In this document: piece by piece, positions 1 through 13,150 of the stretch
Layout: each line of letters begins with the position of its first letter
Numbering within the stretch: position 1 is the first letter of the stretch
Assembly: GCA_001662655.1 (NCBI GenBank)
Contig: KV460235.1
DNA: 64,000 nt
Origin: Pseudogymnoascus verrucosus
Lineage: Eukaryota
Strand: one strand, 5' to 3'
Made by a program: the position numbers and the translations under genes
The notes under the pieces: model-generated
Databases searched by the model: none
What the model was told of the DNA's origin: nothing
The model's input: the letters and a program-made list of their open reading frames with translations, nothing else

Positions 1-1654
1 CCTCAGGAGTCGGCGGAACTGTAGAATTGGCTACCAGATTATCGTCTGTAGTCGTGATGGGTGGGGGATCCAAGGTTGGCGCTGGAGATGTTTTGTTTGC
101 AGCAATGGTCGTAGTGGGCAGTAGCTTTGGCGCCGGCTTTCGAAGTATGCTGGACATCTCAAGTCCTGCCGGTTCACCAAAGATATTTCCCCGGTTTAGA
201 TTATATTTGCTCCATGGCGTAGTCATGAACTCCATGGAATCGTTCAGGAAAATGTGATCGTCCTCCAAGACGACGTTTGGAAGGATGGTGCTATTCGATA
301 TGTCTGGTTTAAATGTTTCAGAGGCACTAACCAAATCTTCAAGGGTCGTCGTTCTGTCTTCCACGCTGTTTGTTAGGTTTGTCTCTTCTTTGATGACTTC
401 GGCCATAGCTTCAACTGCTAATTTTTCGCCTTCTGCCTCACGTAGATTCTCTTCCGCTTCTTCCTCGTCGTCTGCTCCTGTCGATTGCTCCGTGCTCAAG
501 ACATCCTGAATCATTGTTCGGCCATGAACTCGTAGCAACGAGATCGGACAGTAGAACTCGTTTCCATACTGGCTTAGAAATTCAATTCTGAGATATCTAG
601 CCCAGACCCGAGGATCCTCGATCAGGAATGCCTGGATCTCGCGAGAGTTTTTGGCTTCGAATGTTCCCAGATCCACCCAGCGATCAAGCTTGACGGGATA
701 TCGGTCGCTGACAGATACACGGAACTCTCTGAAGGTGCTGGAAAAAAATTCGAAGTTGGCGAGCCCCACGGTCTCGACAAGAATGGAATCGCTCAGCTCG
801 ACTATGACGAATTTATTCTTTGCGGAACAGGTATTCAACATGTAGGCGTCCCGATTCTCAGACAGAAGCGCGGATGTACTCTTTGCCTCAGGGTTGGCCT
901 TCATCACCTGTGCCCCACTATCAAAACTAGCAAAGTTTGTCCTCTCCTTGCAAGTCTTGCCAGCATCCTTGGAGCGTTGGACTGACTTTTCGACTTTCTC
1001 GTCGCCTGGCTGTTTGGTATGGACATGTTTAGACGTGGACTTATCGCTGTTTTGTGACGGTCCTGGTTTATTGCCCTTATTTCCCTGGTTGTCTTCAAGG
1101 AAGGCTTCGATATTGATATCAATCTCGTAGTCGTCTCCGAGGGTATCCAAGGTTTCCTCATTCTCCTCTAGTTTGCGTCGTCTCTCACCGTCCCTGGCAC
1201 CCTCAACTTCGTCTTCTGACTTCTCGATTATCTGCTTCTTCCAGTCTTCAAACGAGAGGAAGCTGGCATCGGAGAAAACGTCGTCAGTCTCATGGCCAGC
1301 AGCAACCTCAGTCTCTGACGCCACAGGGTCTCCCGTTGCTTGGGCAGTAATCGATTCGGGTATGCTTGCATCCTCCGCACCAGCACCTCCAGTTGTATAT
1401 GTCGCGCTACTTATAGTAGCCGTCTCCTTTGCCACCGTAGTATCGTTTCTTCTTTGTCGGTAGCAGACCGATTCGAAGTTCGGGAGGGCCGTGACATAGT
1501 TTATGATGCGCGACTCGCAAGTCCCGGTCCAGATTGGGGTTGCGACAACGGTGTGGCTTGCAGTGTCTGCTGCTGCAACGGCTGGAGCAAGGCAAGATAG
1601 CAACGTCGTCAATAGTACTGGTAATTGCCCTATCCTGGTCATTCCTGGCTGCAT
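1..1654 (-). CDS. SLP1: SUN (Sad1/UNC)-domain ER protein Slp1-like; 3' end runs off the window
   Basis: Not in the ORF track because it has no stop in the window. Manual minus-strand translation gives a signal-peptide-like start (MQPGMTRIGQLPVLLTTLLSCLAPAVAAA; alternative ATG at 1642). The same frame contains the mid-SUN domain ...LLSENRDAYMLNTCSAKNKFVIVELSDSILVETVGLANFEFFSSTFREFRVSVSDRYP...YLRIEFLSQYGNEFYCPISLLRVHG (~520-870). Confidence 0.88.
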   Translation of the reverse strand, partial: MQPGMTRIGQLPVLLTTLLSCLAPAVAAADTASHTVVATPIWTGTCESRIINYVTALPNFESVCYRQRRNDTTVAKETATISSATYTTGGAGAEDASIPESITAQATGDPVASETEVAAGHETDDVFSDASFLSFEDWKKQIIEKSEDEVEGARDGERRRKLEENEETLDTLGDDYEIDINIEAFLEDNQGNKGNKPGPSQNSDKSTSKHVHTKQPGDEKVEKSVQRSKDAGKTCKERTNFASFDSGAQVMKANPEAKSTSALLSENRDAYMLNTCSAKNKFVIVELSDSILVETVGLANFEFFSSTFREFRVSVSDRYPVKLDRWVDLGTFEAKNSREIQAFLIEDPRVWARYLRIEFLSQYGNEFYCPISLLRVHGRTMIQDVLSTEQSTGADDEEEAEENLREAEGEKLAVEAMAEVIKEETNLTNSVEDRTTTLEDLVSASETFKPDISNSTILPNVVLEDDHIFLNDSMEFMTTPWSKYNLNRGNIFGEPAGLEMSSILRKPAPKLLPTTTIAANKTSPAPTLDPPPITTTDDNLVANSTVPPTPE

Positions 1655-2716
1655 CGCTGTCTCGACTCCTACTTGGCCGAGCTACCAACTGACTGAGGAA
1701 GAAGGCAGCTGTTCATTCTGCGGCAGTTACGACAGTTTATCGCTGAAAGGTTCGTATGAGATCGTAGCAAAGCGTTGGTCGTGGACAGCTTAATTGAAAA
1801 CCAGATCTTGCCTGCTAATGAGTATTAAGAGTAGCAATAAAGGTAGTATTCTTTGAATTACGGGGAAGATATTCTGAAGCCGATCATGAACATAATGAGC
1901 GTTATCTGGCATTTAACGTCACGTGCCTTGGCGATAAGGACGGTGTGAAGATCTTGGCCCGTTAAACTTTAGTTCCCGCAGCTTATTATAGATTTGATAC
2001 TATGGGATTTGATATGCTTTCAAACACAAGCTCCGGGATGGGAGCTTGTGTTCGAAAACACCCGAGGCACCATTTTGGAAGGTGGCTATATCATAAATCT
2101 ACCTGTCACAAAATATGTATGAACGTTTCATGTTTGTGGGTTGTCCTGCTTCACCAATTCTTCAGCCGAACACCCATGTTAGAAACTAAGACAAGACAGA
2201 CCAAAATATTTTCAAGATCAAGAGAAAAAACCACTCGTAATATTCATCTAAGCTACAATATAGATACAGAAAAATGAAAATGTCTTAAAGTGTGAATCGT
2301 AAAAACGTAAAATCTGTTCCTCATCCATAAATTTCGTAAGGCCCAAGCCCCAAAAGCGCTGTTTTGGTTGGGAGAAGGTTAAAAATAAAAATGAACTCCG
2401 TCGTTCTCGTCCGCCGTTTATCGAATTATCGTGAAGAAAGTTGAAATAGTTTGGCTGCGTTAGCCGTGCGTGATATTTTGAGCTTAAAAGCTTGGCGTAG
2501 AACCATGAAAAAGAAAGGCGTGTGCGGACGTAGCCGCGTCGTTGTAGCATTGAATAGCATGTAGTAATGAATGAGCCACAGTGTTGGTGGTTGGTGATGG
2601 TAAATATACCGAGACAGCTGGTGGAGAAGCTGCTGTAGATGTAAAATATATGGTAATAAATGGCAAGTATGTGATAGTGTGTGGTTGGGGATATTGGACC
2701 CCGCTACGTCTTCTTC

Positions 2717-5483
2717 TCAAGCCTTCGTCACAACTAGAACGACCTATATCTCTGTTAGTCAATGGAAACTGAACCATGCAGGGAAATACGAACAATGAGA
2801 GTTATGATGGCGACTCCCACAACGGAGAAGATTCGATTAAGTATCCGCCACCACCGTGCGTTTTGATATCTTTTCTCGTCCACTGGGCTCCAGATGCGAT
2901 TCATCTCTTCTCGCAAATCCAGACGGCTCTTTCTGGCATCCTCCTCCGTCAACTCGGGAAATTCGGGTCTTGGCGGGATGGGGAGTACCGCGGCAATCAT
3001 CCACGCTGAGAAACTGTTAGCTTGAAGTTGAAGAAAGTCCAACGGGTATACTTACAAATAGGCATTATAAATCCGACAATAAACATTATTATTTGAACAT
3101 TCTTCTCACTGCTGAACCCTCCCTGGGACCAGTTAACCGAAGGGGCATCCCAGGCAGTCTGGCGCTGACTCATCCTCCTGTCATGCGCAAGATGTGGGCT
3201 CCAGACACTCGATGGCTTCCGAACACGATGCTTAAACGAGTATTCAATTAAATCACTCCCAGTCAAGGCGGGGTCCGCACGGCTCGGCGGGTCCGCAGGT
3301 GTGATATCCATCGAGTGGTGTGACCTCTGAGATATTTGACGCTGGGGACGAAGCTCCCTTGGTCGTCGGCGAGGGCTATATAAACCCACTGGAAAATTCG
3401 TAGTATCCGGGGAGCCGCTCCGGTAAGAGCTAGGGGGCCGGCTATCAGACGCTTCCGACGAGCTACCAGGCGCTTCAAGATATCGCCTCTCGCCGCTGCC
3501 GTAGTATAGCTGTGCCCAGGTTGGGAGTGTCGTACCAAGGATGCTGTTCGCTCTTGAGCTGGATATTGATCGCATGCTATTGTTGCGCCCGATATCGTAT
3601 GGGATGTTGAAAAATCCTGATAGTTTGGTTCTCGAAGGCCGTTCGTGTAATATTGGCATATCTGTAAGTTTGTCGCCGTACTCATCTTGGTCTTCAGCCA
3701 TTCTCGTCGTCGACCCAGGAGCGTCTTGGGTAGTCGGCGAGTACGTTGGCTGTGGGTACGCTAGCAAGTTGCTGTCGCGAACTCTTTCGTCTTGCGAAAT
3801 TGTGGAGGCAATGCTCGGGATTTGGCGGGTGTGGGACACGAACCCGCTGCTTCGCCTTGCTTCTGACCATTGGCGTGAATTTCGATCGGTGCCTCCTTCT
3901 GAGACTGAGGCCACAGTAGAAAGCTGTGAGCTCCATTGGTGCGGATGCGCTTGCATGTGTGTTTTCACTGCGTTGAGAGCTAGCGGATTTGTCCATGGGC
4001 TGGCTTCTGGGATATTTTTCAGGCTCGGTACGCGGGTAAGCTGCCTACCAGTCGCAATTGCCCTTACAAAGTCTTCACTTAAGGCCGATGTAATGGACGT
4101 TAACGATCCGGACCGAAGCGACTCTCGTGAATGCTTCTTGTAGTACCCAAATCGCTCAGCGGATCGTTTTGCCTTGGGTTGCAAAGGCGGTATAACCAAG
4201 GACTCTCGTGAGTATGCTTGCTGCGGTTGGGCAGGTAGGTTGATCAAAGATGTTGACGGGGAGGGGGACAAATCTCCGTGAACCTCGTAATTGCTCTCGT
4301 TATTGTATAGCTCAAGCTGCGAAGAGGTCGGTGAATATCCCGTGGATGATTGGCCAAATATTTCGTAGTTTTGGTCACTAGAAGGTGGGAGCTGATGGTG
4401 AAGGACAGTGGACTCTTCGACATATGAACTCGGTGAGGACGGAAGTGCAAGCTGTTGGTCGGAGTGGATTGAGGGAGGTTGGCTCGATGCTGTTGCTAGC
4501 AATGGTGGTGAGCTTGGAAAAACGTTGTAATTACTATAATCTGAGGTCGTCGATGTAGTCACGCCGGATTGAAAAGATTGCTTGTTGGATAACTCCCGCT
4601 CGTTCGTTTGGTCAATTTCCGGCAAGTCTGGTAAGGACGGCGGTGAGTCTGACAATGGCACAACCTTATGCTTCAGATCTGGAGTCCCAGGAACTTTTCG
4701 AAGTCCTCCCACGAGCTTATAGTTCCAAGGCGACGAGGGTATGTTACTCTCAAAGGTAGGTGATTTACTCGACAAATCTGGGCTCGGAGTGCAAGAGGTA
4801 GCTAAAGTTGTCGCAGTAGTCTCTGATTCCCATGTTGCGCCCGAGGCACCCCGTGGGGCGAAGGTGTCTGTCCTTGAGGATAGCCGATCAAACGTGGAAC
4901 GGCTATGTGTAGAGGACGGGGATCTGGATCCATTCTCGTCTGGTTTAGTCGATTCGACTTGTCCGGCAACTTCTAAAACAGAAAAGGTTTTGTCAGGGTT
5001 AACCTTAACTTGCTTCCGCTTTCGCTGCAGGGATTTGACACTCGATTGTCGAGAGCTGGAAGGGGTCGAGGTGGTGCTTCTTGAGGTTTGGCGAGGCTGA
5101 TACGTTGTGGTCAAAGCAGGCCCCTGTCCTCTTAACTGTTTCGCCAGAGGCTGGGCGGCCGAAACTGGGTCTTCGGATTGGATCAATGCCGCCGACTCCT
5201 GAAAGAATGAAGCGCCGGCGTCTGGAGGGGGGAGAATATGGGCTGGATGTGTCGGAAAGGCAGTCCGCATGTAGATATCATCTCGCTCCTGAGAAGGGGT
5301 ATTGCTCCATAGTAATTGCGGAGGAGTCGCTGGTACCAAACGCACCGCTGCTATGTTGGTTTGTGAGCCGGACCTTTCATGTAACGGTTTCCGCCCTGGG
5401 GTTCGTGTATGAGAAACCATGTTTTGAGACGCGAGGATCGATTCGCCTGCCGAGGAAGTTGTTGGAGTCTCCCATGTGCTCAT
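2717..5483 (-). CDS. Ser/Pro-rich, largely disordered protein with C-terminal transmembrane segments (hypothetical)
   Basis: 829-aa ORF with ATG at 5483 and inferred introns 3006-3055 (GTAAG...CTAAC...CAG) and 2744-2793 (GTTCGT...CTAAC...TAG). The spliced C-terminus has hydrophobic segments IIMFIVGFIMPISWMIAAVLPI and IFSVVGVAIITLIVVLVVTKA*. Confidence 0.8.
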
Positions 5484-7357
5484 CAATGGGTCGTGCTGGT
5501 CGTCCTGAATACCGGCTGTTCTAGTGCGACATCGTAAACGGAATAGAGCTGTAGTTTGTCGCCGAGAAAGGTAAAAAAAGAGTTCGTAAAGTCAATAACT
5601 GGGTCAAATAGGTAAATGAATGTTTAGACAGGGCCGTGTCTTTCGTTGGCGTCGCTGAAGGAATCGAGCGGTCAATTGAGGATAGCTGGAATTGCGACGA
5701 ACGAACGAATATACGAAGGAATATATATCATAAAATGGGACAAAAAAGAAGGACGAAGAAGGAGGCGGCCAGGAGGATATTATTATTATTACCACTCCGA
5801 CGGGCGAACGAGCGAACGAGCGAACGAGCGAAAAGAAAGAGGGCAGTGAGCGGCTGGGGAGATGCAACGAAAGGAAGGGAAGGGGAGGAGAGGGAGAGAG
5901 GAGGCCTTTCTGAATTGATTGTGGGTTGTCGATTGGTAGGTGTAGTAGGGGAGTGTACGGGCTGCGATACGGTATTGCGCTACGTGCTGTACTGTGCCGT
6001 ACAATATTTGGAAGTAGTGTCTCGTCTGGACTCTACCTTGCCTGTAGGGCGGTCTGACAACCCTGTATTTTTCGTCCAGACAGCCACTATCCGACCACTA
6101 CCCTTCCCAATTTGTGTCTTATGCATAGCTTATGTGGAGCATCCGGGGATCCATAACGAGGAGAAAGTACAGACGAAAGACGGAGACGACAGCAACTTGG
6201 AGCAAGGAGCATTTCACTTCCGGATCAGGGGATTCAGAGGCCTCCCCGATGCGGCCGGTCTGCCCGTTCTTGCCCTTCCCGTCTCGCCGTGGTGATGGTG
6301 GGTGGTGGTCGGCGCATATGGCTGCCAACATACACAGTCCGTCGTCGACGAGGAACGAGTGGTTGTCGTGAGCTCACTCCTGAATAATAGCGACAACGGC
6401 CCTGGAGCTTAAGCAGGGTCCGCGGCCTGGGCCGCCACCAAATCCTGAAAACCTCCCAATACCCAATTGTATAGAACTATGAGGGCCAGTTGAGTTGCAA
6501 AGACTTCCAGCGACATGAACAGCGCCAGCCTGCCTGCAAGCTAGAACTTGCGAGACCTGGAGTGTATCGTCGGTGTCGGCGGCATCATGACACAGGTAGG
6601 TGATTGATCATCTGCAACTGCCTCAACGGCCAAAGTGTCTCTCCCAGATTCAACAGGCGTATGATACTTCTCAGCTTATAATCACTACACATTTCCTGTA
6701 TCGTGTCCGGCTTTCACTCGCCAATTCTTCCAGGCGACCTGCTCGACCAAGTTCGCTCGCTGCATCTTCTGTCTGTAATGCACTTTGCCTGCCATTGATT
6801 ATCAGGGACAACAACAACAACAATGAGCCCCTAACAAACAATGACCCTCCAGGAAATGGGACGAAACGCCTCTTGATTCTGTTGAATCACTGTTTAATTA
6901 TGTCTGACACTGGAGATTCGCTATTGGCGTTCAATAAAACCCCAGCCCTTCATTTTAATTCTGCAGGAGTCATGCAGGAACTTGTTGCGGTGAGCGGCTT
7001 ACTGGTCTTACCCTGTCTGGACCCCCACTGCGCCAAGCGCGCGTCTCCCTCATTGGGGAAGACGCCCTGGCTCTAATTTTATACACACGCTAGTGGCCCG
7101 AAGCGTTAATTTGTTCTGCCATTATATCATTCACCACATACGGTAGGCGGTGAGTCACTTTATTAGGTGAATGTGGTGAATAACTAAGGGTGTGCACGTG
7201 ATATCCTTCGTTTTCTGCTAGTATTGTTCACCAATTTTGCCAAGGGATACCTTCCAGCGTGTTTGAAAGAGACCTTCGGTGCATATGCATTGAATATAAG
7301 TGGAATCAAGAGCATACTTACTGATTTGGGGCAGTCTGCAGAGCCGGCTTTGCAATC

Positions 7358-8521
7358 ATGACTTCCAGGACCGGCTTTGCCGACAAGCTGAAATCAAGTT
7401 CTATAGGAGCAGAAGGTAAATTCTCCCAAGAGATATGAGAGGATATTGGTTGAATGGATGCTTTATAAATCTTAGTGAACACTGTATTGACTTTTATGCT
7501 CATTAGTAGAAGAACTTCCCCTGATCAGAGTCCATACCGCTGCAGCACTCCTTGTAAGTTGTGCCGTCTTCTCATCTTCAATATCAAACACATCTAACAC
7601 CCACAGGTCTTCTACACCTTCCTCTACGTTGCTCCATTCTACCTCTCATCCGCCACAAGGCCCTCCGCAACCATCTCCCGCAACCTCCCCTCCGTCATCA
7701 AAGCACGCATCCGCTCCGTCACCTGGACATGCGCCATATGCACCATCACCACCTCCCTCCTCCTAACCTACCTCCCCCCATCCAGCACCCCCCTCACCAC
7801 CCTCCACCTCATGGGCTACCACCCCACCGGCCTCTTCCCCTCCCTCAAAGCCCTCCTCCTAACCGCCATCCTCTTCCTCGGCCCGCTCTTCGAATGCGGC
7901 ATCGTCGAGGGAAACTGGCGCTCCTGGGTCCGCCTCCGCGGCCTCACAACCCTCTGGCACGACCTCCCCACCTACCGCAACCTCGTCGCCGGCCCCGTAA
8001 CAGAGGAGCTCCTCTTCCGCTCCGCTTCGCTGCCGCTCTTCCTCCTCTCCCCTGCGTCGCTGCGCACCACGTTCCTCCTCCCGCCCCTCGTCTTCGGACT
8101 CGCGCATATCCACCACATCTACGAGTTCCGCATATCAAACCCCTCTGCCCCGCTCTTGCTGGGTGTGATTCGCTCGGTCATCCAGCTGATGTACACGACT
8201 CTGTTCGGATCATATGCTACGTTCCTGTATCTCCGGACGGGGAGTCTCGTGGCGGTGATTCTGTGCCATACGTTTTGCAACTGGATGGGCCTTCCGAGGT
8301 TTTGGGGACGAGTGGAAGGGGGGGGTGCAGAGTCGGTTATGGGACCGGATAGTGGGGGTGGGCAGGGGAGGCGGGATGAGAGTCAGGGACCTGAGTCAGG
8401 GGCGCAGTTGGGGGTTGTGTGGACAGTCGCGTATTATATCCTCCTTGTTGTTGGTGCGGTGGGGTTTTATAAGTACTTTTGGGTGCTTACGGAGAGTAGC
8501 AATGGGTTGTTGGAGTTTTAA
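7358..8521 (+). CDS. RCE1: CAAX prenyl protease 2 (Rce1, CPBP/Abi family)
   Basis: CPBP motifs GPVTEELLFR, FGLAHIHH and HTFCNWMGLP. The frame extends upstream (VFYTFLYVAPFYLSSATRPS...IKARIRSV) to an acceptor at 7606. Inferred introns are 7416-7506/7509 and 7554-7606; the start codon is less certain. Confidence 0.88.
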
Positions 8522-8943
8522 AGCCAGTTGGTAGACAATTATATTCTGCATACAGATGTGTCTTAATAACCTGAAGCTAATTTATACGTGATATTAAAAT
8601 ATTATGTTGAAATCTACTATAAATATTATCATTGGGGAACATAAACAAATTAAATTATTATTATTTATACACTAATCATCTTCATATTGTATAATACCAT
8701 ACTAAATTCTTTGCATATTGTTCACTTATAACAAGACATGATATATACTCGCAGGTGGCCAACGCCATCCGCGAACCCGCTTCTCGTAAATGTATGGACC
8801 AAAGGATATAATAATCGCGTCTCCGACTAACGTCATCCATGCATGCACCAAGTGCAAACAAACCGCTATGGTATACGCTGGGTATCCTCATTCCCATCAT
8901 ATATCCACGAACATATTAACCGCCTCCACAAGCCCCATCACAA

Positions 8944-10819
8944 CTAAAGCCCCTCCTTCCTAACAAGTGCCGGCATCGTCGCCGCCCTTCCCAGCCCCTT
9001 ACTCTGTCTCGCATCCAACTCCTCGCGAATCTCCCTCACCACCTCCTCAAAATCACGCTCCGGATCCGGCGGCAGTCCCAAAACCGGCTGCTGCGAGAGC
9101 GTATCCGAGCTCAGCTTCCTCTCAAGCTTCTTCCCGCCGTTCGCGCGAGCGGCGCGGATCTCGATCTGGCGCTTGAGATAGGGCTTCGCGGGGGAGGCGA
9201 AGAAGGCGGTCATGCCGCCGATGGCGATTAGGGCGTAGAAGTAGACGCGGGACCAGACGAGGAGGGAGTCTTGGAAGGTGAGGATTATGAAGGGGGCGGT
9301 GACGAAGCAGAGGATGAATTGCGTGACGAACCACGAGAGGGCGTCGTAGTAGATTTTGGTGGAGGTGGGTTTGCCGCTTACTGGGTCGAGGAAGAATGGC
9401 CGGAAGTAGCGACGGCAGTCTGGATGTTGTCAGTATGGAAATTTGGGGGAAGGAGAGAGGGGTGTGGACTCACTTTTGGCAATGGTCTGAATAAAGCTAG
9501 CTGCCACAAACGACAAGTAGTAACCGGGATAGAAGCCATGCCAGAACGCGCTCGTGACAAAAGTAGCCATACTTGCACGGAAACCTGGCTTCTTTCCCTT
9601 GGGCGTGACTCGTAGATAGATGTAGTTTCGAAGCCAGTTGTTGGTGTTCATATTCCAGTTACCTAGATATGCACGGCTGTTCTGAGCAGTCTCAACACCC
9701 CATGGGTTTACGTTCTCCAGCTTGTTCCATGAGACTTTCCCGGTTGTCTCGTCGACGCCATTGTAGCCAAGGCCACTGAGGATACAAGCACCCTCTGTCA
9801 ATGCCCATACGCCGTAGTATTTCAGCCGTGAAGTGAAACCGAGCAGGTATAGGAACCAGACCCGCTTGACGAAGCCGAATGTTAAGAACTTCTCGCCGAT
9901 GAAGACATCGGTGCCAACGTAGCCCGAGAGTTGTAGGAACAGGAAAATCCAGAACGCGCCCTCGGCCGCCTTCCACATGGCCGGGGTTCCGCTGCGTGGA
10001 ATCTTGCGCTTCTTGCGGGTAGGTGGTTTCTTCGACGGATCCACGCCGGGAGGAAGTTCAAACATGGTGCATTCAATCCATTTGGTATAGTCCACAAAAT
10101 CGAAGGCTGGTCCGCCGAAGAGGGAGGGAAAGAACAGAACCCATGCTGCATAGTCCAGCGGTTTGGGAAGTTGTTTCAGCGCCTTTTCCTTCTGTAGATC
10201 GGACAGCTCGCTTTCGGGGAGGCGTCCGTCTGCAACATTCCAGCAGAACGCGCTCAGCTTCATCACCAGAACCATTTGTGCGCCGGTAATATCTACTACC
10301 CCAGGGTCGGCAAGTATTTGTCGCTGAATTTGGTTTATCGACAGGTGCACCATGAGAAAAACGAAGGCTATCCATGGCATGAGGGGGCCGCTGATGTTCT
10401 GCGCGATTGCGTATGTGCCCACTGCACTGATCGCCACAGTTCGCATGCCATCCCAAAGGCTGAAAAGTCCTACTAAGTAGAAGACGGAGACCCTACTACG
10501 AGTCAGCGCGAAAATATGGGAATTGACAGAGTACCAACCCTATTATAAACAGGTTCTTGTATGCTGGTTTCGAATCAGGGATGCGCTTGAGAACACCGCA
10601 GAGGGGGTACGAGAGTATGAAGGAGAATATAAGCTTCACTGTGAGGTTATTAGCTAAATACGCGTAGAATTATCCGATGAAAACTTACACTCGTCTGGGG
10701 ATGCTCCTATAATCGACGAAGCATATTCGAAGGCTGCAGGTTGGGATCAGTACCTGCTCTGGCTCCAAGAAGGGAAATATATTTTTGAAGAGCTCACGGA
10801 TATTGATGAAGGGCAGCAT
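8944..10819 (-). CDS. ALE1: MBOAT-family lysophospholipid acyltransferase Ale1
   Basis: Motifs DITGAQMVLVMKLSAFCWN, GPAFDF, WNMNTNNWLRNYIYLR and SAFWHGFYPGYY (catalytic His). Short 5' exons reconstruct to MLPFINIPFEYASSIIGASPDELKLIFSFILSYPL. Last intron is 9420-9473. Confidence 0.93.
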
Positions 10820-11314
10820 TTTCTTCTATGCTGCCACTTGCTAGTCGCTGAGCTCAACTAAATAGTGCTCTTAATTTCTCATCGAGCTTCCATTTGAAGA
10901 TGTGCGATTCGTTTGCAAAATACTCGAGAAAGACCCCTCGACCCCGTTGAAGCTTGTTGAAGTCTAAAGTGCCCAAAAGGACGTCATCTGGTGCTTCCGA
11001 CGCGGATCTTTCCGCACGTGGTGGAGCTGTCACCTTGCCGTTTTACAGAGGAACACCCCTGTTCGAGCTTCAACAAGTGGAGGGCAGAAGAGACAAACTG
11101 CCTCATTCCTCCCAACGAAAGTCCACGAAAGTCAAACAATTCAGCAAACAGTATCAGTTTACCAGCCAGTATCTCGAGCAGACATCCTGATCCTATAGCG
11201 ACAGGAGAAAACCAGGCAGACTGGGAGGGGGACGTTCTTGAAGACATGCAGAGGGGCTTACGACGACCACACACTTGAGCACGCGCTCCAGAATCCGAGC
11301 TATACATCGCCAAT

Positions 11315-13150
11315 ATGGATGTTGTTCAGGCAGTGACGGGTTATATCTCGAAGATGGTGTCCGCTGGGGATAGCGCATCCGGGACACCATCGGCGAAGAT
11401 GAAGATCTTGCTGTTGGACAGCGAAACCGTCAACATTGCGTCCACTGCGATTACCCAGTCAGCACTACTAAACCACGAAGTGTACCTTATTGACAGGTTA
11501 GAAAATCAAAATCGAGAGAAAATGCGACATCTACGATGCTTGTGTTTTGTCCGACCCTCCGCCGAATCCATACAATATCTCATCGATGAGTTACGTGATC
11601 CCAAATACGGCGAATACAACCTCTACTTTAGCAATGTGGTGAAGAAATCTTCGCTCGAACGGCTTGCGGAAGCGGATGACCACGAGGTTGTTAAGGCAGT
11701 CCAGGAGCACTTTGCAGACTACATTGTGATCAACCCAGACTTGTTTACGCTGGATCTGACTATACCAAAACGAATATGGAGCGGGAGCCCGGATATGTGG
11801 AACGCGGATGCATTGCAAAGGAGCACCGACGGAATTGTTGGACTTCTACTTTCTTTGAAAAAGAAGCCGCTAATACGATATCAAAAGAACAGTTTTCTGG
11901 CGAAAAAGCTTGCGACGGAAGTGCGATACCTTGTTAGCCAGGAAGAGCAACTCTTCGACTTCCGAAAGGTCGATACACCGCCGATATTACTTGTACTAGA
12001 TCGCAGGGACGATCCAATCACGCCGTTACTCTCACAATGGACATACCAAGCGATGGTGCATGAGCTCTTGGGCATTAATAACGGCCGCGTGGACCTTCAT
12101 AATGTTCCTGACATTAGGCCGGAATTGAAAGAAGTTGTTCTCTCCCAGGATCAAGACCCGTTTTTCAAAAAGAACATGTTTCTGAATTTTGGCGACCTTG
12201 GGGGGAATATTAAGGACTACGTCGAACAATACCAGTCAAAAACAAAGAGCAGCTCAAACATCGAGTCGATTGCCGACATGAAGCGCTTCATTGAAGAATA
12301 TCCCGAGTTCCGGAAGTTATCTGGGAATGTTAGCAAACATGTGACTATTGTTGGCGAGTTGAGTCGAAAAGTAGGAGCGGAGAATCTCTTGGAAGTCAGT
12401 GAGGTCGAGCAGAGTTTGGCATGTAATGATAACCATGCAGCAGACCTGAAGGTAAGTCCCGGAATTTACTGCTCTCAGGCAGAGCACCACTGACTTATTT
12501 TGCTGCAGAATGTACAGCGGCTATTACAATCGCCTTCCGTAACTGCCGAAGGAAAGGTGAGGCTGGTTGCTCTGTACGCATTGCGCCATCAAAGGCACCC
12601 GTCCAACGCTCTGCCTCTGTTACTTGATCTATTGGGCGCCACAGGTAATATGCCACAACGGCAAATCGACATTGTTTCGAAGCTACTCCACTATCAATCC
12701 TCTCTCCAACAGGTGCAAAACGCCAGTGGTATAACTGACATGTTCGAGTCCGCCAATATCTTTTCTGGCGCTCGTGATCGCCTCAAGGGCTTGAAGGGAG
12801 TGGATAATGTGTACACTCAGCACTCCCCACGACTAGAGATAACCTTGCAAGAGCTCATCAAGGGGAGGTTGCGAGAACAGCAGTATCCATTTGTAGATGG
12901 TGGAGGCTCGACGAGGGACAAGCCTCAAGACATCATAGTGTTCATGATTGGCGGGACCACGTACGAAGAAGCAAAGTTGGTTGCTACCATCAACGCTTCA
13001 GTGCCGGGTATCAGGGTTGTTTTAGGTGCAACATGTATACATAACAGCGTCACATTCTTAGAGGAGGTTGATGATGCGGTTACGTCGTGGCCAGCTCCAG
13101 CACCTACGACAGCGGCAGCGAGGCTTCGACAAGAGACGACAAGGCGATAG
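11315..13150 (+). CDS. VPS45: Sec1/Munc18-family vacuolar protein sorting protein Vps45
   Basis: MKILLLDSET, LLNHEVYLID, LRCLCFVRP, DRRDDPITPLLSQWTYQAMVHEL, NVYTQHSP and GGTTYEEA. One intron, 12452-12508. Confidence 0.96.

Noticed and set aside
27..1793. Many short ORFs on both strands at the window start
   Set aside because: They are shadows of the minus-strand SLP1 frame, which the track omits because it has no stop within the window.
5636..7076. 219-aa and 158-aa + strand ORFs
   Set aside because: Both start at GTG, have low-complexity or repeat-derived content and show no domain. This is most likely divergent promoter or UTR sequence.
7561..8352. 263-aa Pro/His-rich ORF
   Set aside because: It is an alternative frame of RCE1, kept open by the C-rich skew.
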